The notes under the pieces are model-generated. The model saw nothing but the letters and a program-made list of their open reading frames with translations, did no database searches and was not told where the DNA came from. Source: Lepidodermella squamata (Eukaryota > Animalia > Gastrotricha). From it: a stretch of DNA of 64,000 nucleotides. Position 1 is the first letter of the stretch, and the number at the start of each line of letters is the position of its first letter. Location of the stretch: assembly GCA_047495785.1 (NCBI GenBank), contig JBLDXI010000015.1, forward strand, positions 5,152,915 to 5,216,914, given 5' to 3'. Positions 38,973-54,114 of the stretch are shown in pieces. The translations under genes were made by a program, and so were the position numbers.

Positions 38973-40950
38973 GCAGCGGCTTTTACCAACCACAGTGAAC
39001 CTATCGAGGGAAGTAATTCTACTGCAGCTTTGGCGCGAACAGAAATGGACGTTACTTTTTACAAATATTAAACTACAGCGAGCGACTTCGTACTTTATTT
39101 TAATTGATGATTATATTATTATTAATATGTATGTTGCGTCGAAAATCGTGTTCGTATCTTTCACTCATGGCTTGATTGTTCGGACAGCAAATGCGTTGCC
39201 ACTGCGTAAAAGCATGTCTTCGTCAGCCTAGCTTTTCTAATTTCTGTGTTGTGAATTAATGCTTAATACAAAACTCTGTTCCACGACCTGATCGTTTGCC
39301 ACCGTCGTTTTTCTATGTCATCAACTTATATGCTCGAGCGGATGACGCCAGTCAATCAGCGCCATCGTTAACTTTAACTACGGCAAGAAACCAAATTACT
39401 AATAATTGAAATTTGAGATACCAGTTTAACTCGCCATCATTACCAATTCACCATTTGTGTTGATGATGGTTCTACGGCTGAGAACCTAACAAAAGTGTGT
39501 TAAAATATTCGATATGCGATGATTTGCCTCTAACTCTTGTTGCATCAACGGCGGCTACTCCGTGTGAATTTTACTACTTATTCTTTAAAACAGTTCAGAC
39601 TCGACAAAATTTGCGAATCGTAAAACTACTATTTTTGTGTACGAACGTCTTCATGAGAAGTTATCTAACAGTGAATACTACAGCGATTCCAAAGGCTTGT
39701 GCAATCGTGTTTTTCCGCCGTGCTTGGCAGAGCCCTTCGTAGCTGAAACGATCGTCGTCAGTCACCCGCGTGTCTCCTTTTTTAGCAGCATCGTTTATGC
39801 CATAATTTTTAATAATATCCTGTGTATTATCATTATATTATTATTATTGATGTTGATAATAATAATGATGTTGGACGATGATGATGATGATTTTTCTTCT
39901 TCGACTGCGAAATTGCGGCGTGCGTTCTATCGATTTTATGTATCCTCGTCGAGTTTATGGTAGTAGCGCGTATTTTCCTGCATTCCGTTGCTCTTTTCGG
40001 GCGTCGTGCGCGTTTCAGGCACTTCTTCTCTGTCTATCTCTCGTGTTGTTTTTGGCGGGCGAGTGGTTGCAGTGGTCGGAGATGGCGACTGTTGTCCTCC
40101 CCGCTCCACTGCTGCTCTCGTCCAGCCCGCTGCTCGTGCGTGTCGGTGTAAATACGATGTCGTGGCGTGTCTGCGCAGTGATACATTATATACTTACACT
40201 TCAAACTTCAACATAAACAGTTGCGATTCGTCGTGTAAAATGCTAACGAAACAACGTAAATTAACCGTCTTACAGAGCTGAGATATTACAGAAAATAATC
40301 TTTGAATTCTATCTTCATAATAACAGAAACATTGAAAGTACGAAATTATACTTATTATATGAGAAATCGTAAAAACATCGCAGTTATTCTTAAATTATAT
40401 AAATCTTATTATATGAGAGCTCTATGGATAAATTTATGATATATCACAGATTTCTGAATATTGGAAAAATTATGGAGTTTTAGATGAATGCCTACGAGAC
40501 ACCGAATTTCTATCACGTTCCTTGTAGATGTAAATATCACCGATATACTTTGTCTGTCTCGATGCAGGTAATTTGCTATTACATTACCTATTAATATTAT
40601 TATTATTCTACCCGTAAAATGTTCTCCCTCGCGGTCAGAAATAAAAGCCTATGACAAATAGTGAGTTTTCATTGCTTGGTTGCGGATCGATTGTACAAAC
40701 TTCGATAGCCGTCAATTTGAACGTGGGATAAGAACCCGAAAACATTCTCCAATACATTTTATTACAAATTCATTGTTTAGAACTCGAAAATGCACACGAA
40801 AATACACTGGATGTACCTCAAACACATAATAGCTATAAGTACAATTTTCAAAAGGAAAAATTGGCATCCGGCCGCACGTAGTGCCAGTAATAATTATTGT
40901 TTCGACGAAAAATCTCTTGAAAATTTTTATAAAAATCAAAGACGCAAAAG

Positions 40951-43900
40951 CTAGCACAATTTTTTTGAGAGAAGGAAAACAGCGAGAGCTGCAAATAATG
41001 CCCAACTAGCATTTGCCCTCGTTGATGCACCTGCCTGAAGCCGTTGGGCACCAGCTTGCTGCTGATGAACAGCAGCTTCGTCGGCAGCCACAAATTGAAA
41101 GTACCTGTAACAGAAAACATTCGCTGTCGTCTAATCCCATAAAGAGAGAGCCGATTAATCTTACGCATCAAATCCGCGACCATCGTCACGGTCGTCACTG
41201 CGGAACGTCAGCAGGAGATGAGGCCAATTGCTGAAGATGCTACCGTGGGGTCGACGTGTTGAGCAATAGCGGGCGTGCTTCTTCGCATCGCCGCCTTCGT
41301 CGCCCTGCGACAGCAGCTTCGGCTTCGTAACCACCGCTGACTCGCTGGCTGGGTACTCGATCTGAATATAGTCACCATCGCTGCAACTGTTGATTATTTT
41401 ACGATTAATAAGACTAAAAAGCTTTTCCTAATATTTTTGCATACTCTGTGGAAGTCGAGCGAACATCGAAGAATCCGAAAATCAGCATGACGCGCTCGTT
41501 TACTCGGCCAATGAAATGGTAGGAGCAGCGCGAATTGCGAGGGTAGAAACCAGGATGGTTCACCGATGAAAAACTTCCATTGCTGGCCTGCCAGCTTCGA
41601 AACTTGAATTCGCAAACTATGGGGCAGAATGTAAATAATTCCCCTTTGTAAATTTACATTCACGTTACCCGGGCCAACCACGTCAGCGCTTTCAGCCGGC
41701 TTGGGCCTCGCGTCCTTTCCGCCTACCTCGCCAACGCCGCCTGTGTCGTCTGTATAAATGACAAATTTCGGACCATCGATTACTCATTATCAGAACGAGA
41801 AGTAGTTACCGCGCTCTTCTTGCATAAATCGATACTGAAATTGATAGCCTCTCGAAAGCTGCTCAGGCAAGTTTGCCGTCGATCCAACAGCGGCGGGCTC
41901 GGTTATGAAAAACAGCTCAAGTGACGATGTTGGAGACATAACTGCATACTGCGAGAGAGACCGAAAAAACAAATCGTCAATTAAAACTGAATTATATAGG
42001 CTTGAGCTTATACCGGGCGCGTTTTGCCACAAAATTTGAGAGGATTCCCAGGTGCGGCAGGAAAAGATATTCTGATATGGTCCATTTGATCGCACATTAG
42101 TGCGACTGGTTGTTTGTTTGCAACTTGGCCAGGCCTAAAAGTTCATGTTATAACGAGAAAATAATGCAGTAGGCTCATGCGCACCTGCTGTCGGATGGTG
42201 ATTTCAAGTCGAAATCGACGAATGTAATTTGGACCCTCATATTAGCAGCCTGCGTTCCAATTGCAGTAAATAGATATTTACAGACGGTGCCAGGCCTGTT
42301 GAATACAGTTTTACAATATGATAGGTAATTCAGTTAAAAAAATAGCTTACATTGGATAGTTATCAGGATATCCTGGCGAAGACACTACGCCAACACTGCC
42401 CACATTGCTATTGCCGTTCGCCGCCGTCGCGAAGGTGATATTTCGATCGCAATCAGGAACAAACCAGACAGATTCATCTTGGTCTGTAACGAAAAATTGC
42501 ATAATGGTAACGTGGGAAGTAATAGCGTGTCTCGATTTACAAAGCTTAATGTTTGACTTTATCTCCATGGATGGAATGCCTGACTTCTTAGGATTACCAA
42601 TTGGAACGGCCAGGCAGATATTCTTAGCCATAATAGAAATAAAGCTTAGAAAGGTCATCATTTCCCACAGAAACTTCATTTTCGTGCGTTTTGCGGAAGC
42701 AAATTTCGAATTTTTAGCGCAGGATTAAAATGAAAAATCCAAGCTACTGCATCTTTTCAACCATGGCGGTAGCGTGAGTAAATCAAAAGTCAATGGCGAT
42801 TTGAAAACTACAAATAGAAAGCTACAAGGCCAAGTCAAGCAGTCACTATAATGCGCGTGTATTCGCGATTTCTGTATTATATATTCTTACAAAGAGAGCA
42901 GCGCGCATGTTAATGATGCCGATGAGTGGTATCTTGGCCGAAGATGAGCCGACGGGTGTCAAAATCAGAAGCGCGTCGCTTAAATCGATCTGACACGACG
43001 CCGCAGCGATCTGTACACGCAACGAATATCAATTGGCTATTCATAGCAACCTGAATAATTGCTGGGTTGCTCCGTTAACGACCCAGCGCAACCGTCTTTC
43101 CGCAACGAAAAGTCCCTTTTTAATTCACCAAAATTACAGAAATGCTCGAGTAAGCAGTAGCTTGGAAACACACTATAATACGACGCCCTTATTACCCAGG
43201 AAATTTACGTCCACAAGCCACAAGGTCCAAAAGTGTACCTACACACCTCAATTGACGGCGTTGGGGACAGACATGTCAAGACACATTTTAGCAAAAAACT
43301 GCCATCGTGAGTGTTTGGAAAGTCATGACGGCTGGTTTTTCTTATTTAAATTCAATCCATGAGACATGAGATGCAACAATAGTTTCAGTAATGTTCAAAA
43401 GTCGTTGCTGAGTGCTTTCAAACCCGGCTATATAACAGAAATTGACCGGCCCGCTTTATGGTGTACTTGTACTAATTTAACCTCGCTGTTGTATTGAATG
43501 CAAATTTTTGATAGATAAATTTTCCAGTGTACACCCGCGTCTCAAAAAGTGCACGCAACATGGTTTTTGGCATAGCAAATGCTTTTATGGTTATGGTTTG
43601 TGGTTTTTTTTCCAAACATAAAGAGTAAAAGTTGCATACAGTTCTTGCTTTTCACCGCAAAGGAAGAAGAAGTAAGATAGAGAAGGAAGAGAGGAAGAAT
43701 CGAAAATGCACACGCGTCTAACCTTCCAACTCTGGGTCCGGCGTAGTGATTGTGGGCTCTTCTTCGTCTTCAACAAAGTCTGTGGTCGTTGACAGCGGAG
43801 CTGTGGCTGTCGTTGTCGACGTAGACAAGCGTCGACGCGAAGTCACCCATTTCAACTGCGTCGTCGTTTGTTCCGAGATGGCTGGCAAAGCCTCTTCAGT

Positions 43901-45428
43901 GCTGGTTAGTGGCACGGCGTGTGTTAAGCTATCGGTGCTGGCTATTGATGTCGCTATGGTGATTGGTGACACAAAGGAGGATTGTGTTTTGCGCTGGCCG
44001 AATGGCGGACTGGATGCCAAAGCGCTGCCACCGATCCCACCAATCGGTACTATAACAGTACTCTCTTCTTCGGGCGGCTCTGAGTTATAAAATTTAACCT
44101 AGCATTCAACGTTATTAGGGTTAGTTTGAGATGAAATACTTTTCGAAGTCGGGATGACGACGCCAAGAGGGTTCGCAAAGTACCTGTACTTGCCACGAAT
44201 TTCACTCAGCTTGGGCCACTGTCCATTCGCTGAAGGTGGGCGTACAGCCGAAAGCTGGCTCATCTGGATGGCGACGATACGGTCTGAGCTCGTGAACGTG
44301 AAGTCCTGCTTCAACGAACTGGTACTCGAGTCACCTTCGCATAAAACGTACTGGAAGTTGTCGTAGGCATTGATTTCTGGACGAACTATAGTGTTAAGAC
44401 TAAAATTAAGCACTGAAATAAAAACTAAGATTAGAGCCCAATATACAGTAGCGTATGGGAACCGATGCTTTCAGTAAAAGCACTACATTTTTAACAAAAT
44501 TGCAAATTATTCATAAATTCGGAAATCAATAAAAAATCAAGCTAGAGGGCAAATTAACTCAAGTAGTTGAAGCAAAGTTTCTCTGATTCAAGGAAGGCTT
44601 TAATCTGCAGTGGAGGATTCGTAAAATCATACCAAGTTCGGTGAAAATTCGGACGCTGAAAAATGAAGATTGCCAGGAGATGGGTCTCAGACCACCGCCG
44701 ATGCAATGAGACGTCGTGTCCTTGGCTTCCACGCCGCTAGCGAGAGGAACGAGACGTACCCAGTTGGGCACCTCAAGCTCAACTTGTGCTCGGTCGCCTA
44801 AATCCGCTAAGAATAAGTAGAATACGCAGCGCTGAGGCTGCGACCTCACAGATTGCGCTTGTGGGTAGTTGGTAGCTGGAGGCAGTTCGTAGTTACTGAC
44901 TTTACTGTTAGTGTAGTTGGTCATCATTGAGCTCGAGAGGCGCTTCTGCGATTGTGCCACAGCCATCAGCGGCTGGAACTCATAATAAAAAGCACCGGGG
45001 CGTGGTCCTGTAAAATGAGAAAATGTGTTGTATTACTCCTAGAATGTGTTAGAAAGGTTAAAGCAGCTTTGGCGAGAGGGTACAAAAACTATCATGATAC
45101 AAGAAAGCCGTTGTTAATACCTATACCTTGAAAAACGACGCACTGACAGCTATTTTCTTCCTGATACTGGTCACCATCATCGTAATTGAAACATTCAGCT
45201 GATGCTAAATAAATTGCAAAATAACTGTAGAAATTGTAGATAATATTCGCAAAATGACTCACATGGATGAGGGAGGTAAGTTGAATTGGACAAAACTGCG
45301 CCGAAGTGAAGAAATAGAAAAGCCGGTGTGGTGAGCATGATCAGCAGTTGTTGGCCGCGCGTGACATCCTGCTGCCGTCTCAGATAGCTCGGACCAAGGC
45401 TGCGACTAATAATGCGCGGCTCAATCAT
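40951..45428 (-). CDS. SOL-1 (suppressor of lurcher)-like multi-CUB extracellular protein
   Basis: Spliced model: hydrophobic N-terminus; SCQCVVF...CVFYLF (divergent CUB); Thr-rich linker; CUB with SSPGYPDNYP..CKYLF..VQITFVDFDL; CUB with CEFKF..HPGFYPRNSRCSYHFIGRVNERV..CSDGDY..LTFRSDD..GRGF; hydrophobic end WALFAALAVFLLSKKLC*. Start codon uncertain. Confidence 0.75.
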
Positions 45429-46909
45429 GACTTTAAAACGAGCAAATCTATTTTGGCCGTTAAGAAATAACAACGCGTCGATTATTATGAAATAAATAAT
45501 AATTTGCCTGGTGATGGAGCGAAAAAATAATTATAACAGTCGCGCTTTGTTGACAGAATAACTCACAAACACGCACCGGATAAAACGACTTTGGCAGCTG
45601 AGAAGTCGCCGGCTTGTTGACATTAAGAGGCGAGGGCGACACTATAATATTTTCACGCGCAGAACGGCGAGTCATCTTTTTTCAATCGCCGCCCTTCCCA
45701 AGTGACAAAAAACAATGGCTAAATATTTGCCGAATGTCTTTCGCGACGAGAGAGGTGCGCACGCATGCGAGAATCGTACGTACAATCACACGCGGAGGAA
45801 GCATTTGACGATTTGCGATAAGGCATGATTTTGTCATCACGCCAATTTTTCGATCGCGTTCGCCCGATTGATTTGTACACATTTACTTATGTACTATTCA
45901 CATGATGTGTATAAGCGCAGCCGGCTGATGTAGTAGAAGTAGTAGCGCATAATATGAGTCGTTTTTTGCGTCCTGCGAAAAAACGCGCGTCGAGTATGCG
46001 GCGGACACGGCGGCAATTTGCGCGCCGATTAAACAGCATGCGGTTTTTTGGCGCAAAATACCTTTTATCGCCCGGAAACAACGTCTTAAAAATGTACTGA
46101 GGCAGCGAAATGACACTCGGGCACCGTAGTAACGACGAGGGCTCTCCAATGAAACGAGAAGAAATTAACAAAGCGCAACACTAATTACAAAATCGCCTTT
46201 TTCTAAATCGAAGCGGCGAATCCGCCGCGATTTCCGCGCTGCTCTTTTAGGTGCTGACCCATTGAGAAATCGGCGATGAAGCCAGGCCGTAATTCAGGCA
46301 TCATCTCATCACCACTTTTATCGCCTCGCATGCTCTACACAGATGTTACTATCCTCGTGATTCCCCCGTGCCTTCTCTGATTCGCTATAACACGATGACC
46401 CACTTGGCGCCAAAGACTTGATTATATGATGCGAATGTTTACTAACGCGGCGAAAAAACTAATTTTTGTTGTTATTTGTCGTCGTGTAATGTGATTTTCA
46501 AGCGCTGATTGAGATGACAACGGCGATAAAGACGCCAAAAATTTCTGAATGGATGCATCCATCAGGGAGAGACCTTTTGAGTGAAGCGGAAAATAGTGAA
46601 ATAATCTGCCACAATTCTCTATGCATGTTTTTGTATAATAACTCAAACGTAATAAAGCAAAATCAGGCAATACTCGACACGGGATAAGAGGTAACATACA
46701 GCTCTCAAGTTCCGAAGTCATATAGCCGTTGGGGGTGGGTTGAGGGTGGCTAGATAAACCCTTGATCACATATACTTATACAATAGTGCGTGGGATTTCC
46801 TAAACTTATACCATATACCTAGCTGGGTTTTGGAATTCGCTTTCTTGATGGTTACATAGATACATTAGCTGCCGATTTGATGCTCTTTGCACTTTATACT
46901 TAATACTCT

Positions 46910-46990
46910 CAGAGTTGTCCACGGGCCGAATTTTCGGAACCCGACCCGGCCCGAATGAACGAATCTGAAAACCCGGTCCGGCCCGGCCTT
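46910..46990 (+). mobile_element. Single end of a hAT-like MITE
   Basis: CAGAGTTGTCCACGGGCCG followed by ACCCG and GGCCCG subterminal repeats. No partner TIR found. Confidence 0.4.
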
Positions 46991-49900
46991 TGCTGATTCC
47001 GCTTTATGAACGCCCGAAGGCATTTGATTCCACAAGTGCGGGCCACGGTACGACATGCTTAGCTGGCCTCGCTCGAACGTGTAGGTCGGTTTGTAAGGCT
47101 ATTTCACTATTCCAAATCGAGGCTTCTGGATCGTATCCGCACCACGCCGGCATTCACTTGAATTTGCAATCACAAAGTAGAACAGTGGTCTAAAGTCCAA
47201 AACTATCTTATGACTTTCTTTTCTAAATCTCAATTTTAGCGAAAAATTTCATTCATGATTAAAGATTGCCTCAAAGTCGCAGGCAAAATTAGTAGTCCTG
47301 ATCCCAAGAGTGTTCTTGCAGCAAGGCCCGATAAAAAAATAAAGAAAGAAATTAAACGCAAACGCGCGAGTTGCGTATCGCTTATGGAGTAATGAAGGAG
47401 CCGCAACTGTGTATAACCGACAAAGGCGTATCAGATCGCAGGGCGGCAGGTCCGATGACCTCGTGAACGTTTATTAGTGAACGTTTTTGATACTACGGAG
47501 CGCGTTCACAGTAAAATGAAGTGCGCAAGATTCGCGCTCACAATTAAAAAGTCCGCCTTAATAAAACGCCCAGATGAACGCTCTAGTAATGACGTAAAGA
47601 AAATGAAGAATTAGAGAAATAAAGATACAAAGAAACTAAAATTCCGCCATACTAAAATTGGTTCGGGAAATAAGAGACATATTCTGTTTAACATCATTCA
47701 GCCCTCTGCGGGTATCTATTTCGTTTGATTCGCCCGCACAATTGATTAACGGGAATAATCAAACGGTATCATCATTTAACGAACTCGCATGGTCTAGTTA
47801 CACGCATGGCGCGAATGGGGAGTAATATACAGGGCCACGTGGTCATGAAATGAATAAACCATCGGAGAGTATGCCGAGATGAAAGCATCATTTGCTAATT
47901 ATGCACTCAAATATTTTCTGATGGAAAGATAATCGTTTCGTTTTAAAAGACTGCGTTATACAGCCGCCTATCATGGACTCTGAAATAATAAATAATTGAT
48001 CTTGCTAAAACTAAATCAGCAAAATAAATGAGAGCATATGCAATACATTGAAGTGACTATATAGTATTATTCAGGTGTAATGGGTACCAAAATCACCCAT
48101 TCAAATGTTTTCAAAATCAAAGTTATTTACACTTTTCTTTCGATCACAACCCTGCCATTGATCTTCCTCTTCCGTCTCTTATGTTCCTTTTCTTCCTTTC
48201 TATTCTTCCTATTGGAATAGACATGGAAGAATGTCGATGAGCCAAGGGGTGAAGTGAGCAGGATTTTTTTTCCAAAAGTAAATCATTTTTCGCAGCCGGT
48301 GTTTTTCCTGTTCTATTAGGGCCCATGCTGATCAGAAACCTACTGGTCTGCTCAAAGACACCAGAAAAATAATGGAAAGAGTGGAAAGAAGAAGCTATTA
48401 TTGCTGTATGTAATATGATTATTGGTCCTGTTTGTTAGTGAAGAATTCAATCATATATTCACATGCGGAAGTTCTTTAATTTCAGAAGCACATTGCTTGT
48501 AAGGTATTATTGCTCTGTTAACATTGACGATTGACCTTATAATGAAAATCAAAATTAGCTGTTATTATTAATACCTACATCAGAGCGCATGAATATGACA
48601 TGATTAATATCGTATAATCAGCATTATTATCGTTTGACCGGAATCGGTCTCCTCGACTGGTCCTACTCCGACACCGCGCTCTGCAGGTCACCAGAAGTGA
48701 CTTGCCCAAAACAGGGTGTGTACACTGGAATTATTTTTATGCCTCAGTGCGCCTGTTTGTTTTTATTCACTGTGATTTATTTTCCTAAAGTGCTGAGAAT
48801 AAAGAAAATGTTATGTTATGTAACTGAAAACAGCGCTGTCATGGGCGGCATTGAAATAATTCTTATGTTCGCGCAGACTCTCCCTTCAAAATTATCAAAA
48901 CATTTCCTTTACTTTTCAATTTTTAATTTGTATCAGAAATTCGATAGTAATAAAGCAACCATTTTTCAATGACAGGTTTATTTATACACCTATAGCCATA
49001 CACGAGGAACGTGCTATTTTAATTTTGTCTAAACCGCTCCCAATGGTTGACTCAATTATCTTAGGTCAGTTGCTTCACAGCGGCACGTCTCGACCTACCG
49101 CCGTCATGTTTAAATTGTCGAAAAAGAAAGACTGGTGTGCAGTACCTTCCATAGCATTTCGTAGTGAAGCACAGGTGTATCAGTACAGTATTTTACAGCC
49201 AGAGATCTCTCCTGGGACTCGTGGTTAATATGATAGCTTAAAATGTGGCTATAGAGATCTTGTCCCAAAATAAAGAGAACGAGGATTGTTATTATTAGAT
49301 TCATCGATTCCATTAATCTACGATTTAAATGAGCGTCCGACAGGAAATAAATAGCAACCAGTTTTAGCATGGGATGCAACGACTCCAAACATTTTCTTTC
49401 AAACACGAGTATTTAAGCGGAAGCGATTGAGCGCTCGCAAGCTTCACTTTGACTATTCGCGAGAGGGATACAGTGGGCCTTTCTCTCTGTCATTCTTCTT
49501 GCAAAAATCTATCGCGATTTGTCCAAAGCTGTCTCAGGGGACTTTTAGGATGCAGGCCCATTGAAAATTGTATATTTTGATAGAATACGAGCCGGTTTCA
49601 TTTCATCATACTGCTGCTATGTAAGACAGGGTTCAAATTCAACTTGCAGAAAATTCGCGCAACTCAAACAGAGCTATCCTTTGATATCATGATACCGAGA
49701 ACGTTATTTATTCTTTATTCTTTCACAACCGCTCCTAAAGCGGATTTAGCCTTTCTGAATTCTGAATTAATTCGCCGGTTTGGCAGTTTTGGTGTTTTCA
49801 ACAAAACAGAAAAATGCGTTGATGCTGTTTAATAATAACCAACAATCACGCGCGGGCTTGCGGCTGCGACTGGCATTATTAGTGCAAATTATCGTTAAAA

Positions 49901-52900
49901 ACTCTTACACTGATAAAAGCGGATTCTCCCCATTCTATAGGAGGCTGCCATCCACATCAAAAGATGGGAGATCCGTAAACGCCACCAAAAAGGCTTATGG
50001 ATTTAGATGGACGCGGAAGCACTAGCTTGATTCCATCAAAATTTTTGAATATTCAGCTAGATTACTGCATCACTTTGAGTGGTAATTGGTGGGCTGGTAC
50101 CTTATACTGTTTTTATATTAATAGTAAGTATATTTTATATTTTTATTACGCAACTCACTTGAACTGAAAAACTATCCGACCATTTTCAAACAACTATACC
50201 TGCTTCAGGGTTACTGCTCACCTACTGCGTTTTATTTTTCAAAGGCTTGTGGTTTTTCTTGTGATTAAATTTCCCAGTCAATAATGCAACATTACCCATG
50301 GAAAAGAAAGGCGATATGTAACGTTATTAGACAGAATATCTTTCAGCGGAACCAAATCAGCATGTTGCGGAACCTAATTTGAGCAGAAGGTCGCTTTTCA
50401 AATATGTCTACGGAATACGAAATTGCGGCATTATGTATGAACTCGATAATGTCTTATATCCAGAATAACACGCCTAATTTATAGATGATTTATTTTGAAT
50501 TATGCTGATCGATTGAAATCCTTGAAAGTTTTGAAAAGGGTTTTAGGCCCATTGAAAATTCCTAAATTTTGTTCCGCTAACAAGCAAATTTGTTTCCGTT
50601 GAAATTAAGACCCGTTATATGCCACAGGGAAACAGTTTAGTTGAATATATTATTTAGACAGCCGATAACTTTGAATGAGAAATGCGAACTCAGCATGAGC
50701 ATCTTCTAAAGGCGCATCAAAGGCCTTGAAGAGGCGCCGCGTGAAAAACGATCAAATGAAAACCTCGACTTAGGAAGCGATATGTGCCCATATATTCCTT
50801 CACTGCAACAATTAAACAATAGCAGATGTCGGCGAGAAATAGCACTGATGTAATTCACAATATAAAATCAGTATTTTAACTATAGAGAGATAGTAGCTTT
50901 AATGAAATTAACAGGCTTCGCTGCTGGTCCCCAGGTAGTTGGCGGCTCCCGCCGGTTTTGCTGCCTGTGTTATTGTGTTTACAAAACTTGTCACAAGTCG
51001 CGATTCGATGAATCCTTGTCCGCTATCACGTCGAACCGGCGCCGCCCAGTGCGCATTTAGGCATCGACGCTGCTTGGCGAGGCGCCGGGCCGCGTTATTA
51101 GCCGCCCATTACGCGAATGGACACGCTGTCGTGAATGCGTGTCTGCGGCGCTCAGCCGGCGCACAAGCGGCCGGTCGCTAATATACACTGCAGCGCGACA
51201 CTTTTTGCCGCCGCGCGTTTTTGGTGGCAAACTAATAGAGCGAACCGGCCGCACTGTTTGTCATCGCGATGGTAAGAGGCCTGTCATTATCGAAGATGTT
51301 CCTCCTTTAGCTGCAAATCCGTTTCGGTTCGATGCGCCCGTCCAGCGCCAGTTTATAGGCGCCGGCTTCTCCTACTCCCCGCGCAAATGCGTGTTGTCTC
51401 AAAGCCGCGAATCTGCTCTGAAACCTTTACTTTAATATGCGCGATAAGTGGCATTTGTGCGCCGTCTATTTACACTTGGCATTTCCTCAATGCCGCTTAT
51501 TCGCCAGAAAATTTCAAATTTATCGTTATAATTATATTCATTCGCACTTTCAGTTTGACTTCACTAGCTTCTGACAATGCGGTTACTTTGGCCGGTTTTT
51601 TCCCATGAGTAAACCGCTCCGTAGGTGCACACACAAATTCGATGATTAACACCGATGTATCATTTTTTGCTGCCGCTGTTTGCCAAGCTAATAAATTTGC
51701 GCGCAATTTTGTCAATAGACATTACATCATAAAACTCATGTTCTGCTATCTCCGCAATTTCAGTATCTACGAATAATTTTGACTTGCCTTGCTTTTCTTA
51801 ATTATAGTTAGAAAGGCGCTAATTTTTTGGCTCAATCAAGCAACAATCACATGACCAGCGCATGTTTTTGTAAGCGCAACTTAGAGCCTTAGCATGCAAT
51901 AACGATAGCCGCATGTGACGCGCATCGAAGCGCACAAATCGCTATTCTCCAGTGCATTCGCCAGGCGTATGTGACCGCACTGCGCAAGGTGGGCGGAGTG
52001 ATGACGGCGGCGAATTTACTCGCCAGCAATCGCGGCGTATCGCTTGCTGTATGCTGATGCCAAATACCTATATAAATATATTGGGCGCGAAACTACAACT
52101 AAGGTGGAATAAATAGTATACAAAATAACTATACGAAGTAGTAGCTGGCTTGTCTTCGCCGCGCCGCCTGCCATTTGCGACGGCGCGCTGTTGATTGAAT
52201 TCACGGCGCATCACGCCTTACCTGTCATTTCATTTGGAGTTTCATCTTTTTGAGCTGCGCCGCGCTTCGATAAACTCATTACTGCTCAATCGCTATCGGT
52301 CATTTTACTTCACAAAAAATGAACCAACATCTCTGTTGTTCACGAATGCGCAGCTCTGGTGGCTAATAATCGGCGAATGTTTTTATTAAGAATATTCGTC
52401 GTATCTTTTTTACTACAACAATTTATTACTTCTAGGTAAATGTTTAGCTTTGCGACATCATTCTATGTCTATTGAACCTTGCCAGCAAGTGCACCCGTTT
52501 GTAAGTATGGTAACTTCCTTCTGAATGCTCTATTTCGCCTGTCGATGTGATCGATTGGGTTGGTCAATGGACAAAATAACGGAAAGGAAAACAATGGCTA
52601 TAGGCTTTAGCGAGGTCTGTTGCTGCTTCTTGCTGCTCGCCAGTGTTTGCCCGGCGCGTGCATCGCTGTTTTTCACCAGTTGGCTATTTGCCGCGGCGGC
52701 GCACGTTATTTTGCTTTTCTAACATCGCCGCAATAATAAAGGCGAGTTACAGCCGTCGAGGTCGGTCAGCCACCAGAAAAGAAGATCGATTTGGCGCAGT
52801 CAACTGGCCGCCCAAGTATTCGATGTTTGTGTACGCGCGAATTTGCGGTTTTTGTTTTCTGCAAGCTGCCGGCTTGCCAGCGCCCATACTTTAATATCCG

Positions 52901-53665
52901 ATTTTTCTGTTGACTGGTATCCGCGGTTGCTTCAGCATGGTGTTTTAACAGGTCCTGCTAGCAAGTAAGCGTGGCCTAGTGGTGCCAGTTTATTGTTTCA
53001 AACTCACCGATTTATGAATGGCGTTACAGCAGCGTTCCATCGGAGCAAGATAAGTACTAATAGGGAGCGCTGAAGCTGTGGAACAGCTACTATACAAAAA
53101 CCTTAAAGTAAACGTATACCGCGGCAACATCTGGTTAACGATACATAAACAACACCCGAATTTACAGGCCGCGGGATGAATTTTACCTGAATCGCCCGGC
53201 TCTGCATGTTGCCAGAGCGCGATGATAGCTAAACCACAGACAACGCTTCACTTTTTTCGAAATAATTTACACATCATTTTATTTACCGTGTTTTTGTTAT
53301 TTACTTCATGATTTCCTCTAGATTTTTTTTGTTCCAAGTTCACTGGATGTATTTTTTCTCATGGCCATACTATGATAGCGGACCAGCAAGGCTGACTTGT
53401 TAAGCCAGCATAGTGGCGATACTGATTTTGTCGTCAATACAGGTATTTTTCATCGGCCTTCATTCGAGCGAGATGAATGGCGTAAAATAGCTGAATCTTT
53501 GAAATAATTTGACAGTTATAACAACATCAATTTCTATCTCAAATTTTGGCTGCCTACGCTAAGAAACTTAGGGTTTAAGGTTTATATTCACTAAATAGTT
53601 ATTTAGTGCCCTCCTCACTTTGACCTCGCCTAGAAAAAATCAAGATCATTGATAAATTTAAAATA

Positions 53666-54114
53666 CCGTATTTTATCGAATAGTATCCAACCTCAAATAA
53701 TAGCCCCCTCGAATAATAGCCACAAAAATTCATCCAAATATTGGGCCAAAGGTTAATAATAGCCCACCTCGAATAATAGCCACATTCCATATAGTAATAT
53801 CAATAGGTCTATAATGAACAGCTCATGTAGCTCAAGCTAGCGTGCCAGAAGAAAATTGAGACGTAGAGAAGAGAAAGGGCGACAACGAGGAGGATAACTA
53901 CAGTGCATTTAAGCTTAATTACAGCGACAAAGAGGAATATATTCAAGCTAAAAATGACTAAAAATTTCTGTTGAAGTGATGATTTGACGTTTTAGGATAA
54001 ATAATAGCCTGCCTTGAATAAAAGCCCCCTCGAATAAGAGCCCGATTTTTTTTCACTACTTTTCGAGTTCGGATAAAAATAATAGGGTTAGGGTTAGGGT
54101 TCGATAAAATACGG
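53666..54114. mobile_element. Tc1/mariner-pogo-type MITE
   Basis: TIR CCGTATTTTATCGAA / TTCGATAAAATACGG flanked by TA on both sides, with repeated CCTCGAATAATAGCC subterminal motifs. Confidence 0.85.

Noticed and set aside
39497-40281. Several hydrophobic short ORFs after PICALM
   Set aside because: Low-complexity, 3' UTR-like sequence with no coherent splice model.
42484-42679. Signal peptide of a separate CUB gene (MKFLWEMM...)
   Set aside because: Better explained as intron read-through, since the upstream exon splices in phase to DQDES; not fully excluded.
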